From Mobula hypostoma (lineage: Eukaryota), in the NCBI RefSeq assembly GCF_963921235.1, contig NC_086097.1:69442001-69506000 (forward strand): a DNA stretch of 64,000 nucleotides, given 5' to 3'. The position numbers were made by a program, and so were the translations under genes. Shown here one piece after another: positions 1 through 18,125 of this stretch; positions within the stretch are counted from its first letter, which is position 1; every line of letters starts with the position of its first letter. Below the pieces are notes generated by a model. The model was not told where the DNA came from, searched no databases, and was given only the letters and a program-made list of their open reading frames with translations.

Positions 1-664
1 GCTCTTGTTCCTGGGTTTTATGTTGCCTTCCAGCCCCCTAAGCCTCAAGTTTAAAATTATCAATATCTTCCCTTGTTCGGCTAGTGATCTCCATTTTTGA
101 AACCTTGTCTAATTCTCCCATTCTTTCTGAACTTTGATAAACATCAGCTCTAGTGATTATTATTTCCACTTGTTCATCTCACCTTCTGGTTACGGTGTTT
201 TTGAAAAAGTGTACCACACTGAAATTACTCCTCAAAAAGACCATTACATCTCTTTCCTCTTGATATAACTTCCTTTTCCTTTATAGTTTGTGTCCAAGTC
301 AGCTTTAAGGTTAAGCACTGGTCTCCGCAAATTAGTGCTTCTTACTTTGTTTCAATAGCTTGAAGTTTCAGAGATTTTCTTTAATTGTGCCCCTTGTAAA
401 ATTTAAGTTTTTTTTCTGGTGAGCTCAGGGCTTCTACATTCTATTACCTAGCTATCCATCATAGACATGATTTTCACAATGCCAATTACCTCATTCACTG
501 CTGATGAGTTAAGAGCTAACCAGACTTGGAGAATTAAAGTCAAGACTCTCTGGGCTCAAGTCTGATATTCAAAGGAAGGGAACGTTGACTCAGACCTTGA
601 GGCCTGATATTCAAAACAAGCTAGTAATCCCAATTTTACTGGCATTACATAAATTGAAATTTAA

Positions 665-997
<333 letters not shown>

Positions 998-1507
998 TGA
1001 GAAATCATTAGTTGCATGTTTAAGTACAGTTTTACTCACCAAGTAAACAAACGAAAGTGGTAAAGGATACATGGAAAATCTAAGAACACTTGTGAATATT
1101 TGTTTCTCTTCTTTCAATGTCTTAAGCCTGTGCTATTTTTGTTCCCTTTTGCTGCTGGATCACAACCAAACTCTAACCTGAGCACCATCTATCTAAAATG
1201 GATTACTCCTATTCATTGCATTAGAATGAAATGCTGCACTGTATTAATGATGCTTGAAAATACAACAAAATCTAATGATAAATCAAACAATCATTCTGAT
1301 GGATGTAAGCCCTAGGACATATGTTTATGTTTATATGGTTGATTGTAATCTGAGCTGTAATTTACACATTTTAGTGTTCTTAATGATTTCAAGATCACAA
1401 ATGTGGTAGTGATAGAAGGAAATGATTAAATAATGTTACTTTAAAATAATTTTGTTTGGTATTGAAATAAGAAGTCTATAGAAAATTCACAAATCCCTCT
1501 TTTATAG

Positions 1508-1792
<285 letters not shown>

Positions 1793-3840
1793 TGACTTTG
1801 GCTGTTACATGAGCAATGAATAATGCTTGAACCCCGTTAGTGTTGTTTCTTTGTGTATATATGGTTTATTTCTTAGTAAATTGCATGTCCATAGTTGCCA
1901 GACACATGGAAGCTGAACTCCTCTTGGACTCAGGCTGAACTACGGAGGATGGAGAGGAAGTCTGGCCCCTGTACATGTAGTACACAGGCCTACCTGTGTG
2001 TGGACATGCCCTGGTGCTCGTGAAACAGATCCCCAGCTATAGGTAAATAGCCCCACTGCCTTTTGGGCAGCCTTGGGAGAGACAAAGTTTATGGGAGTAA
2101 ACCCAGACAACAAATCCAGAGTGGAGCCCCTGAGGTGGCTGGATGCCATTGAACATCCTTCTGGCAACTCCTGCAGCCAAGCTGGTGCCAAACATATTGC
2201 TTCATAAGCTTTCCTTTGGATTACACTGGTGAGACCAAGAGTTGGAGCTTGATGACTGGGCATCTCAGGATCTCCATGTCTCCCACCCAGGCTTGTGATG
2301 ATGATCATCTTCACCCATTGTCCTTTAAGACAGAAGAATGCCAACCAGTTGCCAGACTAGATCTCAACACTCGCCCCAGATTTCATGAGTCTTGTGATGT
2401 CAAATTAAATGTGGCAAAGGAAACCACCGCTTGATGATATCAGTTAGTTTACCTTAGCTGAAGTATCAACGCTCAAAGTTCAAAGTAAATAAGTTATCAA
2501 AATGCACATTTGTCACTTCGTTTGAAATATCTAGGATATAGAATACTTTCTGAGTCAAGGTTTTATTACTATCAGCGTTGTTCCTGGGCGTCACAAGATG
2601 CAGTCAAGTATCAGCAGGAGTTCAAATGCCTCTCACCGCAATCTTTGACCTCATGGCTTAGCATGCTTTTACTTGACTGTTACAATCAAGTCAGGCGATA
2701 GATTTGGGTTCAGTGAAAATGCAGAAGGGTATGTCGCCAGGCACTCCTGAAATTTAGATCCCATCCTGGAGGAAGTACAAAACATGACTGTGTCTGTGCT
2801 GAGCAGCAAAATGGCATGCAGTGCACGGAGCTTTGCTACCATACAGCCAAGGATGGCTTTGACCAATTAAGCTGCAATGTCGTAGAGGAGCCTCAAGAGC
2901 ATCTTAATGAGGCAGGATCCAGCTGAAGTCAAAACTGAACCATAGAGTGGATGGTAATTTACAGCTTCTGCTCCTCATGCCCTCCATCATAGAAACCTGT
3001 CTTTGGTCAATTCCAAAGGACACCTATGATATTAAGAAACTGTTGAGAGTATGGGATACAGCAAAGGCTATGGGATCAAGCTCATTCCAATTGTGCCACA
3101 TGCCACAGTTGTGCTTGAGATTGTGCTGAATCTTAAAGCATTCCGATGCAGTTGCCATATTGGGATTTATCTGCAAAGAGCTGATGAGAGGTTGGGGAAC
3201 ACCCACGAAAATTTGCCCTGCAAATGGTGACTTTGCTCCTTTATGCCATATAAAGTCAGGAATGTAAAGGGATGCACTGCACTTTCCTGGATGAATGCAT
3301 TTCCAACAACATCCAAGTTTGTCACTTCTGAGGACAAAGCTCGCTTGAATGATGTGCTAACCATACTTAAAACATTTGTTGCCTCCACCATCATTGCACC
3401 ATATTTAAAGTATGTGTCATCTGCAAAAGAGACTTTTTTTTCCCTGGTCTCCTCTGATGTCACGCCTAAGTCCATGACTTCTACCAGCAGGAAGAGAGAG
3501 TGTGGTAGGGGTGTGGCAGCATCACCGCCATATTGCTATTCTTTTGTCACTGGTTCTAAATACTGGAGTTCCCTAACTCATTTCTGCTGAACTGAGACCT
3601 TCACTAGAAGTCTGTAGTGGCTCAAGATATTGGCTCTCCATCATTTCTTAATGGCACTTAGGGAGGGGTAATAAATATTTATGCTACCATGTTGGAAAAT
3701 GGAATAAATTTTAAAAAAAGACCTTGAAAGAAAGCAGTAGATTGTGCATAAATTATTGACATCCTGAGCTGTTCCATTTTGGAATATGTCTTGCCACAAT
3801 GCAGTGCAGAAATGGCTTGGATTAGGTTCTGATCTTTATA

Positions 3841-4653
3841 AAACGTGGAAACATAGAAAACTTACAGCACAATACAGGCCCTTTGGCCCACAACACTGTG
3901 CCGAACATGTCCTCACCTGAGAAATTACCTATGGTTACCAATAGCCCTCTATTTTTCTGAGCTCCACGTACCTGTCCAGGAGTCTCTTAAAAGACCCTGT
4001 CGTATCCTCCTCCACCACCATCGCCAGCAGCCCATTCCACTCACTCACCACTCTCTGCACTTATATAAAAAAAACAAACAAACTTACCTCTGATGTCTCC
4101 TCTGCACCTTAAAACTATGTCCTCTCATGCTAGCCATTTCAGCCCTGGGAAAAAGCCTCTGACTATCCACACGTTCAATGCCTCTCATCATCTTATGCAC
4201 CTGTATCAGGCCACCCCTTATCCTCCGTCGCTCCAAGGAAAGAAGGCCGGGTTCACTCAACCTATTCTCATAAGGCATGCTCCCCAATCCAGGAAACGTC
4301 CTTGTAAATCTCCTTTGCACCTTTTCTATGGTTTCCACATCCTTCCTGTAATGAGGCGACCAGATCTGAGCACAGTACTCCAAGTGGGGTCTGACCAGGA
4401 TCCTAAATAGCTGCAACATTACCTCTTGGCTCCTAAACTCAATCCCACGATTGATGAAGGTGAACGCACCTTATGCTTTTTTAACCACAGAGTCAACCTG
4501 CGCAGCAGCTTTGAGTGTCCTATGGACCTGAAAATCCCTCTAATCCTCCACGCTGCCAGGAGTCTTATCATTAATACTATATTCTGTCATCATATTTGAC
4601 CTGCCAAAATGAACCACCTCACATTTATCTGGGTTGAACTCCATCTGCCACTT
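3841..4653 (-). mobile_element. CR1 LINE, 5'-truncated 3' fragment
   Basis: ORF 4084-4419 LVRPHLEYCAQIWSPHYRKDVETIEKVQRRFTR..LERRRIRG is a CR1 ORF2 C-terminal signature; TTCTATGT-type tail near 3845-3860; ends approximate. Confidence 0.85.
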
Positions 4654-5088
4654 CATATTTGAACTAATACGTTTTGTTGGTATGCCGACTCTGAATTAAT
4701 TTATCTCACAATATTCTTGAGTTCAGGCGTTTCAATATCCACGTTTTTCTTTATCTCTTGAGATTTGGGTGATTTCTTCTCTTTGAGTCCCTTGCTTTAG
4801 TTTGTTGCTCAGTAAGAAGTTATACATTAGAATATAATTTTAATGGCATATGCTATTCCATTATGCCTCTGGCAGGACTGAAAGATGAGACACTGTCTCA
4901 GATTTGGCATCAATTAATTCCATTGCCCATTACAGGGATTTAAAGCTTAGGTGCTCTGGTTTGCTTGAGCTGTTGGGTTTATTTAATTAACTAGTGCAGG
5001 AATATTGCCATTTATAAAATTCTGACTGCACCACTGACTTTTTTGTTTGATGTTATATCTGCAATAATTCAATTGAGGCTCATTTTAA

Positions 5089-5304
<216 letters not shown>

Positions 5305-5894
5305 TGACAGATTAAAAAGTTCAGATTCCATTCATTTTCATAAACATTTTTTTGTACCGTGTATATGGATACAACAGTCAAATTGTATGTGGTGAAACAC
5401 TGTGGAAATACTGTTCATTACATAAACATTGTGGAACAATCACACCTCTTATAAAGTACATCGGACAGGCAGTTGGAACAGTTGATTCTCTTTCTACTCT
5501 ATTGTTCTTTGAATTGGCTAACTAAATTATTTTTCTTGAGGTAATCTGGATGTTAGATTCAATTGCCATTGACGCCCTCTAGAAATTTATTTTTCTTCCA
5601 GCAAGATTTGGGTATAATCCAGTGGTTTGGCATCTAGTTCACATGGTTGTTTCCAGGACTCCTTTCAATTCACAAGCATGTTGTCAAGCTTTCAGATTCA
5701 CTGGATTCATTGAAAAATTATTATACCTCTGCACAACATGTAAAAATAAACAAGAAAATGAAAAGTAGATGGTAATATTAATACAATTAATACACAGTAA
5801 TTTAGAAAATCTGCCAGTTCAGCAGCTCCACAGTCATTGTTTTGCTGTGGGTATATTTGTCTACAAAGGTTCAATAGATTCTTATGGACTTTCC

Positions 5895-6306
5895 TGTATT
5901 AAACCACTGAACGACACCAACTTTACTCAATCCATCGGGTTCCCATACTTTAGTAAGGTCTTCAGTCTCCAATACTGGACTGTAAAGGTAAATCAAAAAA
6001 TACCCCAAACAAAACTGGCAGCGATTCGCAAAACTGCCGACACAATGATTTTACCTTAAAATAGAAAGTAAAACACTTTAAAACGAAACTGCGTCATAAG
6101 ACGAATATGCAGCATAACGGAGTAACTGACGAATTAAACAATGAACTAAACTGCTTAACAACAGGGGTTTCCCATTATATACCTGTTGAGAACATGTCAT
6201 CACGTGACCTCACTGGCAGGAAAATTACATCACCCCACCATCACAAGACCATGACATCATGCTCACAAGACAGTCACAAGATACCCGCGAGGTATGTGCC
6301 AGTACA
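5895..6306 (-). mobile_element. Probable solo LTR (412 bp)
   Basis: TGTA..TACA ends; flanks ttcc/ctcc (4-bp TSD, 1 mismatch); more CpG than flanks; TATATAA on minus strand near 6175-6181. Confidence 0.5.
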
Positions 6307-7149
6307 CTCCTAAGACAAAGAGCAATTGCCGATTTGGATTAAATGCAAATGATGGTCTGCTTATGAAGCAAGTTATCAACATGAATAATTAGTTCTTTGA
6401 AGTATGCAGATACTGTTTGGAAAATGCATTTAAATATAATTATGTCTGGGCTGTATTTGCTCCTGTGATCCACATCACCAATCCAGCAGTGATAAAATAA
6501 ATCAAAATGCTGAGTAAATTCAGGATCAGGGATTGTTAGTACTTTGATTGCATGTTCTTTTCATTAGAAATGAGAAAAATTTGAGGTAATATAAGTTGTT
6601 GAGGTGCAGAGAATGATAGGAGAGAACTAAAGGTCGAGTAAGTGCATCGTATCCTCTCCCCTCTCCAGCTTCTCTTCCCTAATTTAATCAGTTATTTAGG
6701 ATGTATATGACAGGATTGGTCCTCTCATGAATTACAGAACTTAAATTGTTGGTTACCACAGGACATATAGATGTGGATAGAAAATGGTAAATGGCTCTTA
6801 TTAGGAAGTTCTTTCTTCACCCAGAATTCAGGGTGCGTTTAGCAGTTGTCTTCCTGTAAATGCTAGAAGTGAAAACTCTAGAATTATCCAAGGTCCAATT
6901 GGAAATGAGGATGGGGCTGAGATAGAATAAGGATGCTGGCGGGGAAAGAACTGCGTCTAAGTTCTGGTGAAGGGGTATGTTCAGTTATACTTTCCTCATC
7001 TATGGTCATGCTGTAGTGGTATGTTCAGGTGTTTAATAAATCATCTGGTGCTCAACTTAAATACTCATTGAATGCTTCAATAGAAATCTGAAGTTGATGT
7101 TGAAGAAAATGCAATATTTGTCAATGCAGGTGCGAGCTCACATTTGTGA

Positions 7150-7449
<300 letters not shown>

Positions 7450-8355
7450 TAAAAAAAAGTGAATATTTAGAAAAATGCTATATAACTCAAGTGCAGAGCT
7501 GTTGAGTAAGATTAATTGTTGCTGCCTTTTAAACTCTGATATACACTTTAACCTTATTTTTCTTATTGAATTCAAAATAAGAATTAAGAACGTTAGAAAT
7601 TGTTAGTGTACTGACCTTTCAATAAAATTAATAATAACCTAGAAATTTAACATGGTTTTAAGTTGCAGAGAAGGGGTAGGGATAATTAGAGCAATTGTAG
7701 TTTGTGATACTACTGAGGCCTGTTGTCTCTGACTGGAATAATGGCATTGATGACTGCTCAGAACAGATGGTGTTTACAGTAAGTTTCTGGTTGGGTATCC
7801 ATTCAAGGAAGAATTGAAGTGCCTTCTAACCATAATGATGTGTGTTGGAGGTGTAGAGGCCCATAGTGAAAATTAACTGGTTGCATTGAAGAAACTTGAA
7901 AACGTATTGAAGTCATAGACACTATCAGTGTTGTCATGGATGTAAGTGGTCACAGACTGAATAGGATCCTGGGGGGAAAGATAGAAATTCCAAGGGATGC
8001 GAGCAAACTGAAATGATAGGTTTATTAGAACTCTTTAGCATTTGGGCTTTCAAACTAAGATACTACATGGTTAGAGGCTCTGGGAGTGAGGATCTCTGAT
8101 CTCAAGAGAAAAGAGACATCAGAGCTGGAGTTCAGCCTTTTTAAAAAAAAAACAAGGTTTTTTTGTTCAGTCACAACAACACTACTTATTTTTCTGTGGG
8201 TTGATTATACTTGTGTGGTCTGTAATAATGGATGCTGTGATATGAGATTGATCTGTTGTAATTTTTAACATGCTGGAGCTCTCTATTTTTCTTTTCCTTT
8301 GTTTTCCAGAGGATAGTCTTGTTATTTATTACCAAGTCGTTAACCATGAAAGTAA

Positions 8356-8592
<237 letters not shown>

Positions 8593-8956
8593 TAAATATA
8601 GGGTGAACAGGGGTTATTGACAATCAGAGCTTTCCAAAAGATTTGGATCAGTGCCTTCATTGAAAATAATTTGAAGTATTGAAGGGGAAGGCTAAGGTAC
8701 TGGATGTTTCAAGTTTACTTGTCAAATAAGCTCGCTAACACTATGCCACCACAGTAATGCAGTTTAGTTGTTTATTTACTTGTGATTGTTGATAGTTTGA
8801 TATTGAGAAAACAATGTAATTATTTTCAAGATATCAAGGTGTGTAAGACTAAAACTGATATTTGAAAAATCAATATTCTCCCTTATCAGTTATAATAACA
8901 TTAAACTTTTGTACTCTCAGTCATCTACTCAATTTCTAAATTGCATTTCTGTATCG

Positions 8957-10743
<1,787 letters not shown>

Positions 10744-11285
10744 CTCTATCGCATGGAAATTTATAACACCTAGGAATATGAAAACAAAAAATAATATTGT
10801 GAAGTGTACTTTAAATTAAAAATGAATCTGCCAATACTAATAAGACAATAAATTGTAATGAATAAAATTTTTTGTGTCATTTATTTCAACTCCATTTGAG
10901 GGGACCATTTGTAAAAACGATTTTACAAATTTCACTTATGAAATTCAAAGTTCTTCAAGAGTTTAAACTACTGTGAACTGTGGGTTTTTACACACATTTG
11001 AGAAAAAATACCTGTTAAACATTTGTGATTGTGCCTGTCTACTACAAAACACAAACAACATATGATATTTATTTAAGACTGAAATTTGTGAAGTAGTTTT
11101 TAAATGTTTCTTTTAACTGGAGTTATGAAGCAAGTATAAATTTAATATATTTCAACTTGCTGTCATCTTATTATGTAAAACATTGCAACAAATTTTAGCA
11201 TCAGTTTTTTAAAAAAATGGTGTCAGAAGTATTATTTATTAATTATTTTCTTATTGTTACTTTGAAATTTGCAAGCATATAATAG

Positions 11286-11486
<201 letters not shown>

Positions 11487-11709
11487 TGATCCAAGTTAAT
11501 TTCCATGTTCTTTCAATCTCATTTTGTCAGAAGAGGAGAAAACTGCATTTGGTTCTGGAGAGAATACCAATTAAGGTGTAATAAAATACAAAATTAAAAA
11601 CTCAAAACTCATTTCATTTTCAAATTGTACAGAACAAAGATGCTAGGACATTGTTTATAGTTGAAGTAGAGAAACCAAGCCATTGAAACAAAAAAAATGT
11701 CCTGCAGTC

Positions 11710-11848
11710 CATAAACACAAGTGATTCAGCAGATGCAGAAATCCAGAGCAACGCCCACATAATGCTGGAGGAACTCAGCAGGTCGGACAGCTTCTATGGA
11801 GAGGAACGAAGAGTCAATGTTTTGGGTCGAGACCCTTCATCAGGACTC
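11710..11848 (-). mobile_element. Penelope-like terminal-repeat fragment with decayed hammerhead motif
   Basis: Minus strand reads agtcCTGATGAagggtctcgacccAAAAcattgac..gacctgctgagttcctccagca; same family as 45298-45511. Confidence 0.7.
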
Positions 11849-12625
11849 GGCAATCCATATACTGATTTAATTTCCATTTTAAAAATTCCTTTTGTTTTGG
11901 CACTTATCATGTTACGCAGAATGCATAATAAATTCTGAGATATAATCAGTAAGTCCTGAGTACAGTAATTATTTTGCTGTATGAGTTAACAAATCATCCA
12001 CTCGAAATAAGTTGATCACATTGCTTTGTTGTGATATAGCGGTTCATTTTTACTACCAATAGAGTCGAAGTTTCACAGAAATGTTTAGTAGTTTTTAGTT
12101 AAGTTTTAGATGCAGATGCTAAGAAAATTATTTACCATGATTTTACACATCTTGACTCAGGTACGTGCTGCAGCAGTCTTCCAGCAAACCTTTTATTTGT
12201 CTCATATTGTGCAACTAGATGGTTTCTAGGTTTTTCTTACAGGTACCAGTAAACACATGATATAAATTATTTAATAAATCCTGACTGTGGCAAAATAGAT
12301 TAAATTAATTTTGGATAATCAGAAAGTAGAAATTCATAAAACGTGAGCAGAGAAATATTTGGTATACAGGAAAGCGTGTGTTTAAGCAGAACAGTGATAA
12401 GTGTCATGGTAGAAAAGCAGAATTATGATATTGGAAAAAATAAGCTGTATGGCCTACAGAGTCTAAGTAACAGGCCATAAAGCTTCCTGAGGTGAAAAGC
12501 AGAAGTATTAAAGACACTAAATCTAGGAAAAGTATTTGGGGGTGAATTTGAATGTAATTTTAAAAATTGCTGTTTCAAGATTTCACAGTTAGATTTGTAC
12601 TGATTTTTATAATTGTCTCTTTAAG

Positions 12626-12725
12626 CAATGAAAAGCTTTGCACTACATTGTGGAGATCTATTTTCTGATGATGTAATTGAAAGACTTCTACCACCACTTA
12701 AATCTGCTGTGGCTTTATCAACGGA
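12626..12725 (+). CDS. HEATR5A: HEATR5A exon (AMKSFALHCGDLFSDDVIERLLPPLKSAVALST); not in ORF track
   Basis: Translated by hand; ctttaAG / GTaagt; phase 1 to 2. Confidence 0.92.
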
Positions 12726-13020
12726 GTAAGTTATATCAGCTGCTAAGCAGCCATTTATTAAGATATTTTCATTGTTTGAATTTTAGTTACAAAATTTTAA
12801 TGAGGTAACTTTTGAAACATTAGGTTATGCTTATTTATGAATCATGGTCTATTATAAATTTAATATTAATTTTTCTGCAGTAAATTCCCTTCCCTATTCC
12901 ATACTATAACTTCCTGTGACATTTTTTTAGAAGAAGTACTAATAGTGGGTCTTCAAAAAACATCATGCTTCAACACAGATAAAAAAAGACAACTGTAACA
13001 TGAGTTTTTAATGTGTTTGA

Positions 13021-13251
<231 letters not shown>

Positions 13252-13357
13252 TAAAGTTGTAGTAAAATAATTTTACTTAGTTTTTTTTGTGAAATTTTAC
13301 TTCATTTCTTTTAACTGTGGATATAATGTCCTAATAATAAGAAAGTGCAAGAAGGTA

Positions 13358-16055
13358 CTGTGCCTATAAGAGGTATTCACCCCCCTTGGAAGTTTGCATG
13401 TTTTATTGTTTTACAGCATTGGATCACAATGGATTTAATTTGGCTTTTTTGACGCTGATCAACAGAAAAAAGATTCTTTAGTGTCAAAATGAAAACAGAT
13501 CTCTACAAAGTGGTCTAAATTAATTACAAGACTCTTGATTGCACATGTATTCATCCCCTTTAATATGACACACCAAATCATCGCTGGTGCAGCCGATTGG
13601 TTTTAGAAGTCACATAATTAGTTAAGGTATCCTCGCTATATAACAGCCTCTGTGCAGTCAAGGTGTTTCAATTGATTGTAGTAAAAATACACCTGTACCT
13701 GTAAGGTCCAACTGCTGGTGAGTCAATATCCTGGCAAAAACTACACCATGAAGGTAAAAGAACATTCCAAACACTCCCCGCAAAAAGGTTAATGAAAAGC
13801 ACGTCAGGAGATGGATACAAGAAAATATCCAAGTCACTGAATATCTCTTGGAGTACAGTAGAGTCAATTATGAAGAAATGGAAAGAATATGGCACAGCTG
13901 TAAATCTACCTAAGCAGGCCGTCCTCAAAAACAGAGTGACTGTGCAAGAAGGGCACTAGTGAGGGAGGCCACCAAGAGACCTGTAACAGCTCTGGAGGAG
14001 TTACAAGCCTCAGTGGCTGAGATGGGAGAGTCTGCACATACAACAACTGTTCCCCAGGTGCTTCACCAGTTGCAGCTTTATGGGAGAGTGGAAAAGAGAA
14101 AGCCAGTTGGGGAAAAAAAACTCACATGAAATCTCAGCTAGATTTTGTTGGAAGGCATGTGGGAGACTCTGAGGTCAGCTGGAAGAAGGTTCTACGGTTG
14201 GTGAAACCAAAATTGAACTTTTTGGCCATCAGACTGAAGGCTATGTTTGGCGTATGCCAAACTCCACACATCATCAGAAACACAGCATCCCTACTGTGAA
14301 TTGTGGTGGCTGCATCATGCTGTGGGGATGCTTCACTGCAGCAGGCTCTGGAAGGCTTGTGAAGGTGGAGAGCAAAATGAATGCAGCGAAATATAGGGAA
14401 ATCCTGGAGGAAAATCTGATGCAATCTGCAAGAGGACTGCTGGCCCCAAGCATAAAGCCAAAGTTACACAGGAATGGTTTAAATACAACAAAGTTAATGT
14501 CCTAGGGTGGTCAAGTCAGAGTCCAGACCTCAATCCAATTGAGAATTTGTGGCTGGGTTTGAAAAGGCCTGTTCACTCACAGTCCCTGTGCAATCTGACC
14601 GAGCTTGAGCAGTTTTGTAAAGAATGGGAAGATATTGCAGTTTCCAGATGTACAAAGCTGATAGAGATCTATCTACACAGACTCAAGGTTGATAAAGGCC
14701 TGTCCACATACATTCAAGGCTGTAATTGTTGATAAGGTGCATCTACTAAATACTGACTTGAAGGGGGTGAATACTTACACAATCAATTACAGGTTTCCCC
14801 TACCATCCGAAGGTAGAGCGCTCCTATGAAAGGGTTTCTAAGCCGGAATGTCGTAAAGTGAAGAAGCAATTACCATTTATTTATATGGGAAAAACTTGTG
14901 AGCGTTCGCAGACCCAAAAAATAACCTGCCAAATAACACATAAAAATACACAGCCAATATAAAGTAGAAATAATTTATGTACAGTGTAGTATCACTTACC
15001 GGAATCGGGAAGACAGCGAGCACATTGATGATGGCGTGTTAGGCTGAATCGTCGGAGGTTGGGGTAATGGGACACAAGGGTGTCATCTCATTGTCATCTG
15101 TTTCCATCAGGGCAGGCAGGTCATCTTCTTTTATGTCTGCCTGCCTCGATGTCAAAGGTCAAGGTTCGTCGTCTGCTGTGGCTGATGTGGAAGGCTTGAA
15201 AAACGACAGTCTGCTTGACTGCTTAGCTTCACGCATTTTTCTGTCATATAGTTCTTTGTAAGCATCCAAACCATCCATGCCCTAAACCTACATACCCTTT
15301 CAACATTAAAGTCGTACTTTTCTACAATCATTGCAGCGTTGTCAATTGCAGTGAAAACCTCACGCAGTTGCTTCACGTTCAGTTCCTGGATGACTTCACT
15401 TTCGGTCCGTTCACTACTGCATTCTGCTTCGATTGTTATCCTTTCCTCTTCCAATTGCATCAGCTCTTCACTTATCAGTTCTTGGTCATGGGATGCCAAA
15501 ACCTCTTCAACATCATCTTCATCAACTTCCACAATCCAAACTCACTTTGTCCTTGCTTCGTTCACCATGATCGAAACACTTAATTATGTCTAGTCTTACG
15601 AGCTCTTTTAGGCTTTTCCAATACCTTGGAACTCATTTTGCTAATGGGTGCTCAAAATAAATCAACATAAAGCACAGATGCTCACAGGCACGTGTTTAAA
15701 CAATGCTGCCTAGAATGCAGTTCCGGGGGAGGAGCTTAGCTGCTCGGGGCGCACCCTGCCTTTTTTTGTAACAGCGAAAACACCTGTTAGCAAAAACAGG
15801 TAACTAATGTAGGTCTTTTGTAACAGCGAGGTGTCATAAAGCAAACGTTTGAAAAATGGGGGCACCTGTATTCTGAGTTTTATATTTATAGTTAATTTAG
15901 ATCACTTTGTAGAGATCTGTTTTCACTTTGACAGAAATGAGTCTTTTTCTATCGATCAGCATCAAAAAAGCCAAATTAAATCCACTGAGATTCAATGTTG
16001 TAAAACAATAAAACATGAAAACTTTCAAGAGGGTGAATACTTTTTAGAGGCACTG
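13358..16055 (+). mobile_element. Tc1/mariner IR/DR-type DNA transposon with decayed transposase (about 13748-14755)
   Basis: TA on both sides; about 200-bp TIRs with internal direct repeats GTATTCA(C/T)CCC; remnants GYKKISKSLNISWSTVESIMKKWKEYG, GGCIMLWGCF, WSSQSPDLNPIENLW. Confidence 0.92.
14790..15868 (-). mobile_element. Tigger/pogo-like non-autonomous element nested in the Tc1 right TIR
   Basis: TA-CAGGTTTCCCC .. GGGGGCACCTG-TA; Tigger acidic tail EVDEDDVEEVLASHDQELISEELMQLEEE joined directly to an N-terminal MSSKVLEKPKRARK stub. Confidence 0.85.
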
Positions 16056-18125
16056 TATATTCAAGGGACATTAGAAAGGGAGAAACATTACTATCACAAG
16101 AAGAAAAAAGTATGAGGCATACTAAGTGGACAGAAGTCCCCGGAGCTTAGAGTCTTAATGGAGGTGGCTGCAGTGATGGTGGTAAGGAGAAATTTCTTTT
16201 AGTTGGAATCTTCTCACTGAGAAAGCTGCACAGGATCTGTTCAAGCCGAAGAATAATGGACATCTAAATACACAGAAGCATGCAGAGAGAGCATGAAATA
16301 GTGTTGAGATCAAAATTCCATCACCTATGATCTCATTGAAAGGTGGAGGAATTTCCAGGTGATAACAGACCTGTGCATGCTCTTGATTTTTATGTTTTAA
16401 TGACAAAGTTCAATGATTAATCAACACAGGCTAAGAAACGGACAGAAATCAGAGGAATTTGCAACATTTCCCCGTACTAGTGACACCAGAAAAATGTGTT
16501 CATCTGAAGCTCAAAAATAAATTCAGGAATTTAAGCTGTGTGTCTTGTTGATTGTTTGAAAATAATTTGTTCTGCGAAAAGAAACCATCAATGTAGTTTG
16601 GCACTCCTTACTATATTTGAACAGATTTATTATTATTTTCATAGATTTAGTTGATGACTATTGGAGGACAAGACACAGTGGAGTTTGAATTTAGAAAAAT
16701 GCCACAAAATTTTATTATTTTTTTGAGACGATAGGCCAAATACTAAATCATCAAAATGGAATATCAGTAAAAGAGGAAATCAGTAGTGGCTAATTATTTT
16801 TCAAACCTACACAAAAAAATTATTTCAATGACCTTCTGGCTAAAATAACGAATTTCCTCTTTGCTGCCATTCCAGAGCTCAGCTTTGGGAAAACTAAAGC
16901 TTATCAAGAGTATCACTGATGTGGAAATCAGGGCATCATGTTTTGTGTTCGAAGGTGATCACTTATTTTGAAGAGTAATTAGATTTATAAATGTGAGACT
17001 ACGTTCGTGTAGTGTCGCTCTGTTGATGATTACAGGGTCTGATTTGTTTTACGCATTTTGCAAACCCCTACATACATTTACTTGTACCTTTTGTGATCCA
17101 GGAACAGCGATGGGTATTTATAATTTGCTTTTGCGTTTTTTTTAATCTTACTGCTGACGCACTAAACATTGTGTTGGACTTGAAGAAATTATGATTCTCT
17201 AAACATATTGTGCCAGAAGCACGGGAACAATTACTTATAAATTTAAGGTGCACGTTTATTGAATGTGTCTGGTATCTTGTCAATTGCATGCTTAATGTTT
17301 TAATTACCAAATTTGCAAATGACTGTTGGGATAGGAAATAAATTATTAGCTAATTATGACAAGAAACACATGATAGAATGGCAGGCTAACAAAACCAATG
17401 CTATCTTTAGACTAATGGGTTGCTAATGAGAGCATTTGTTGTGATTTTGTTGCTATCTTTCAGGTTCAGATATTGCCTGTGTTTTAATAATTGAGTAATT
17501 AGACACAAGTGGAACTTTTTATTTGCCATTGCTACCCTTGTTGATCATGATTTCAATTGTAATTTTCTTACAAAATCTACTGATAAATTTGTACTGATAG
17601 CAGAAAATTCTTTCAGTTGCTTTCCAACTAAATATTTTGCAGTCCTTCAAGTTGTTTTATGTAAACCAAGGTTCATTTCCTGTCAGTTTTACCACTTCAG
17701 CCATTTTAGACGTTAGTCAAAACAAATTGCAGGTGATCGTTTTGCATTATATTTTGTTTTCTACCAAAAACTGCTACCTAAACACCTGCTGAAGAAAAAT
17801 AAGTCATAAATTCAATCCAGAAACATCTTGATAACACAAATTATTCTTGCACTGATTTCAGAACTAAAGAGTTAGACATATTTTGACCCCTTCTCATAAT
17901 TACCAATTTAGCACCTTATGGCCACATTTGGAGTCCTAATCTTGAATCTAGACAAACTATGTGAATACTGATATTTAGTATTTAGGTCTTCTGTACAATA
18001 AACGGTCAAATGAGTTTCTGGGGCAATTAGTAGGTGACGATGAAGACCAAGACCAAGAAATGTTAGATGCTGCAAATAAAGGTCAAGGAGGCTGTGCTAA
18101 TAGAGAGTTAAAAGCTCAGCCATTG

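Noticed and set aside
16950..17045. Possible intronic C/D box snoRNA (TGATGA..CTGA)
   Set aside because: The boxes are under 10 nt apart and there is no terminal stem.
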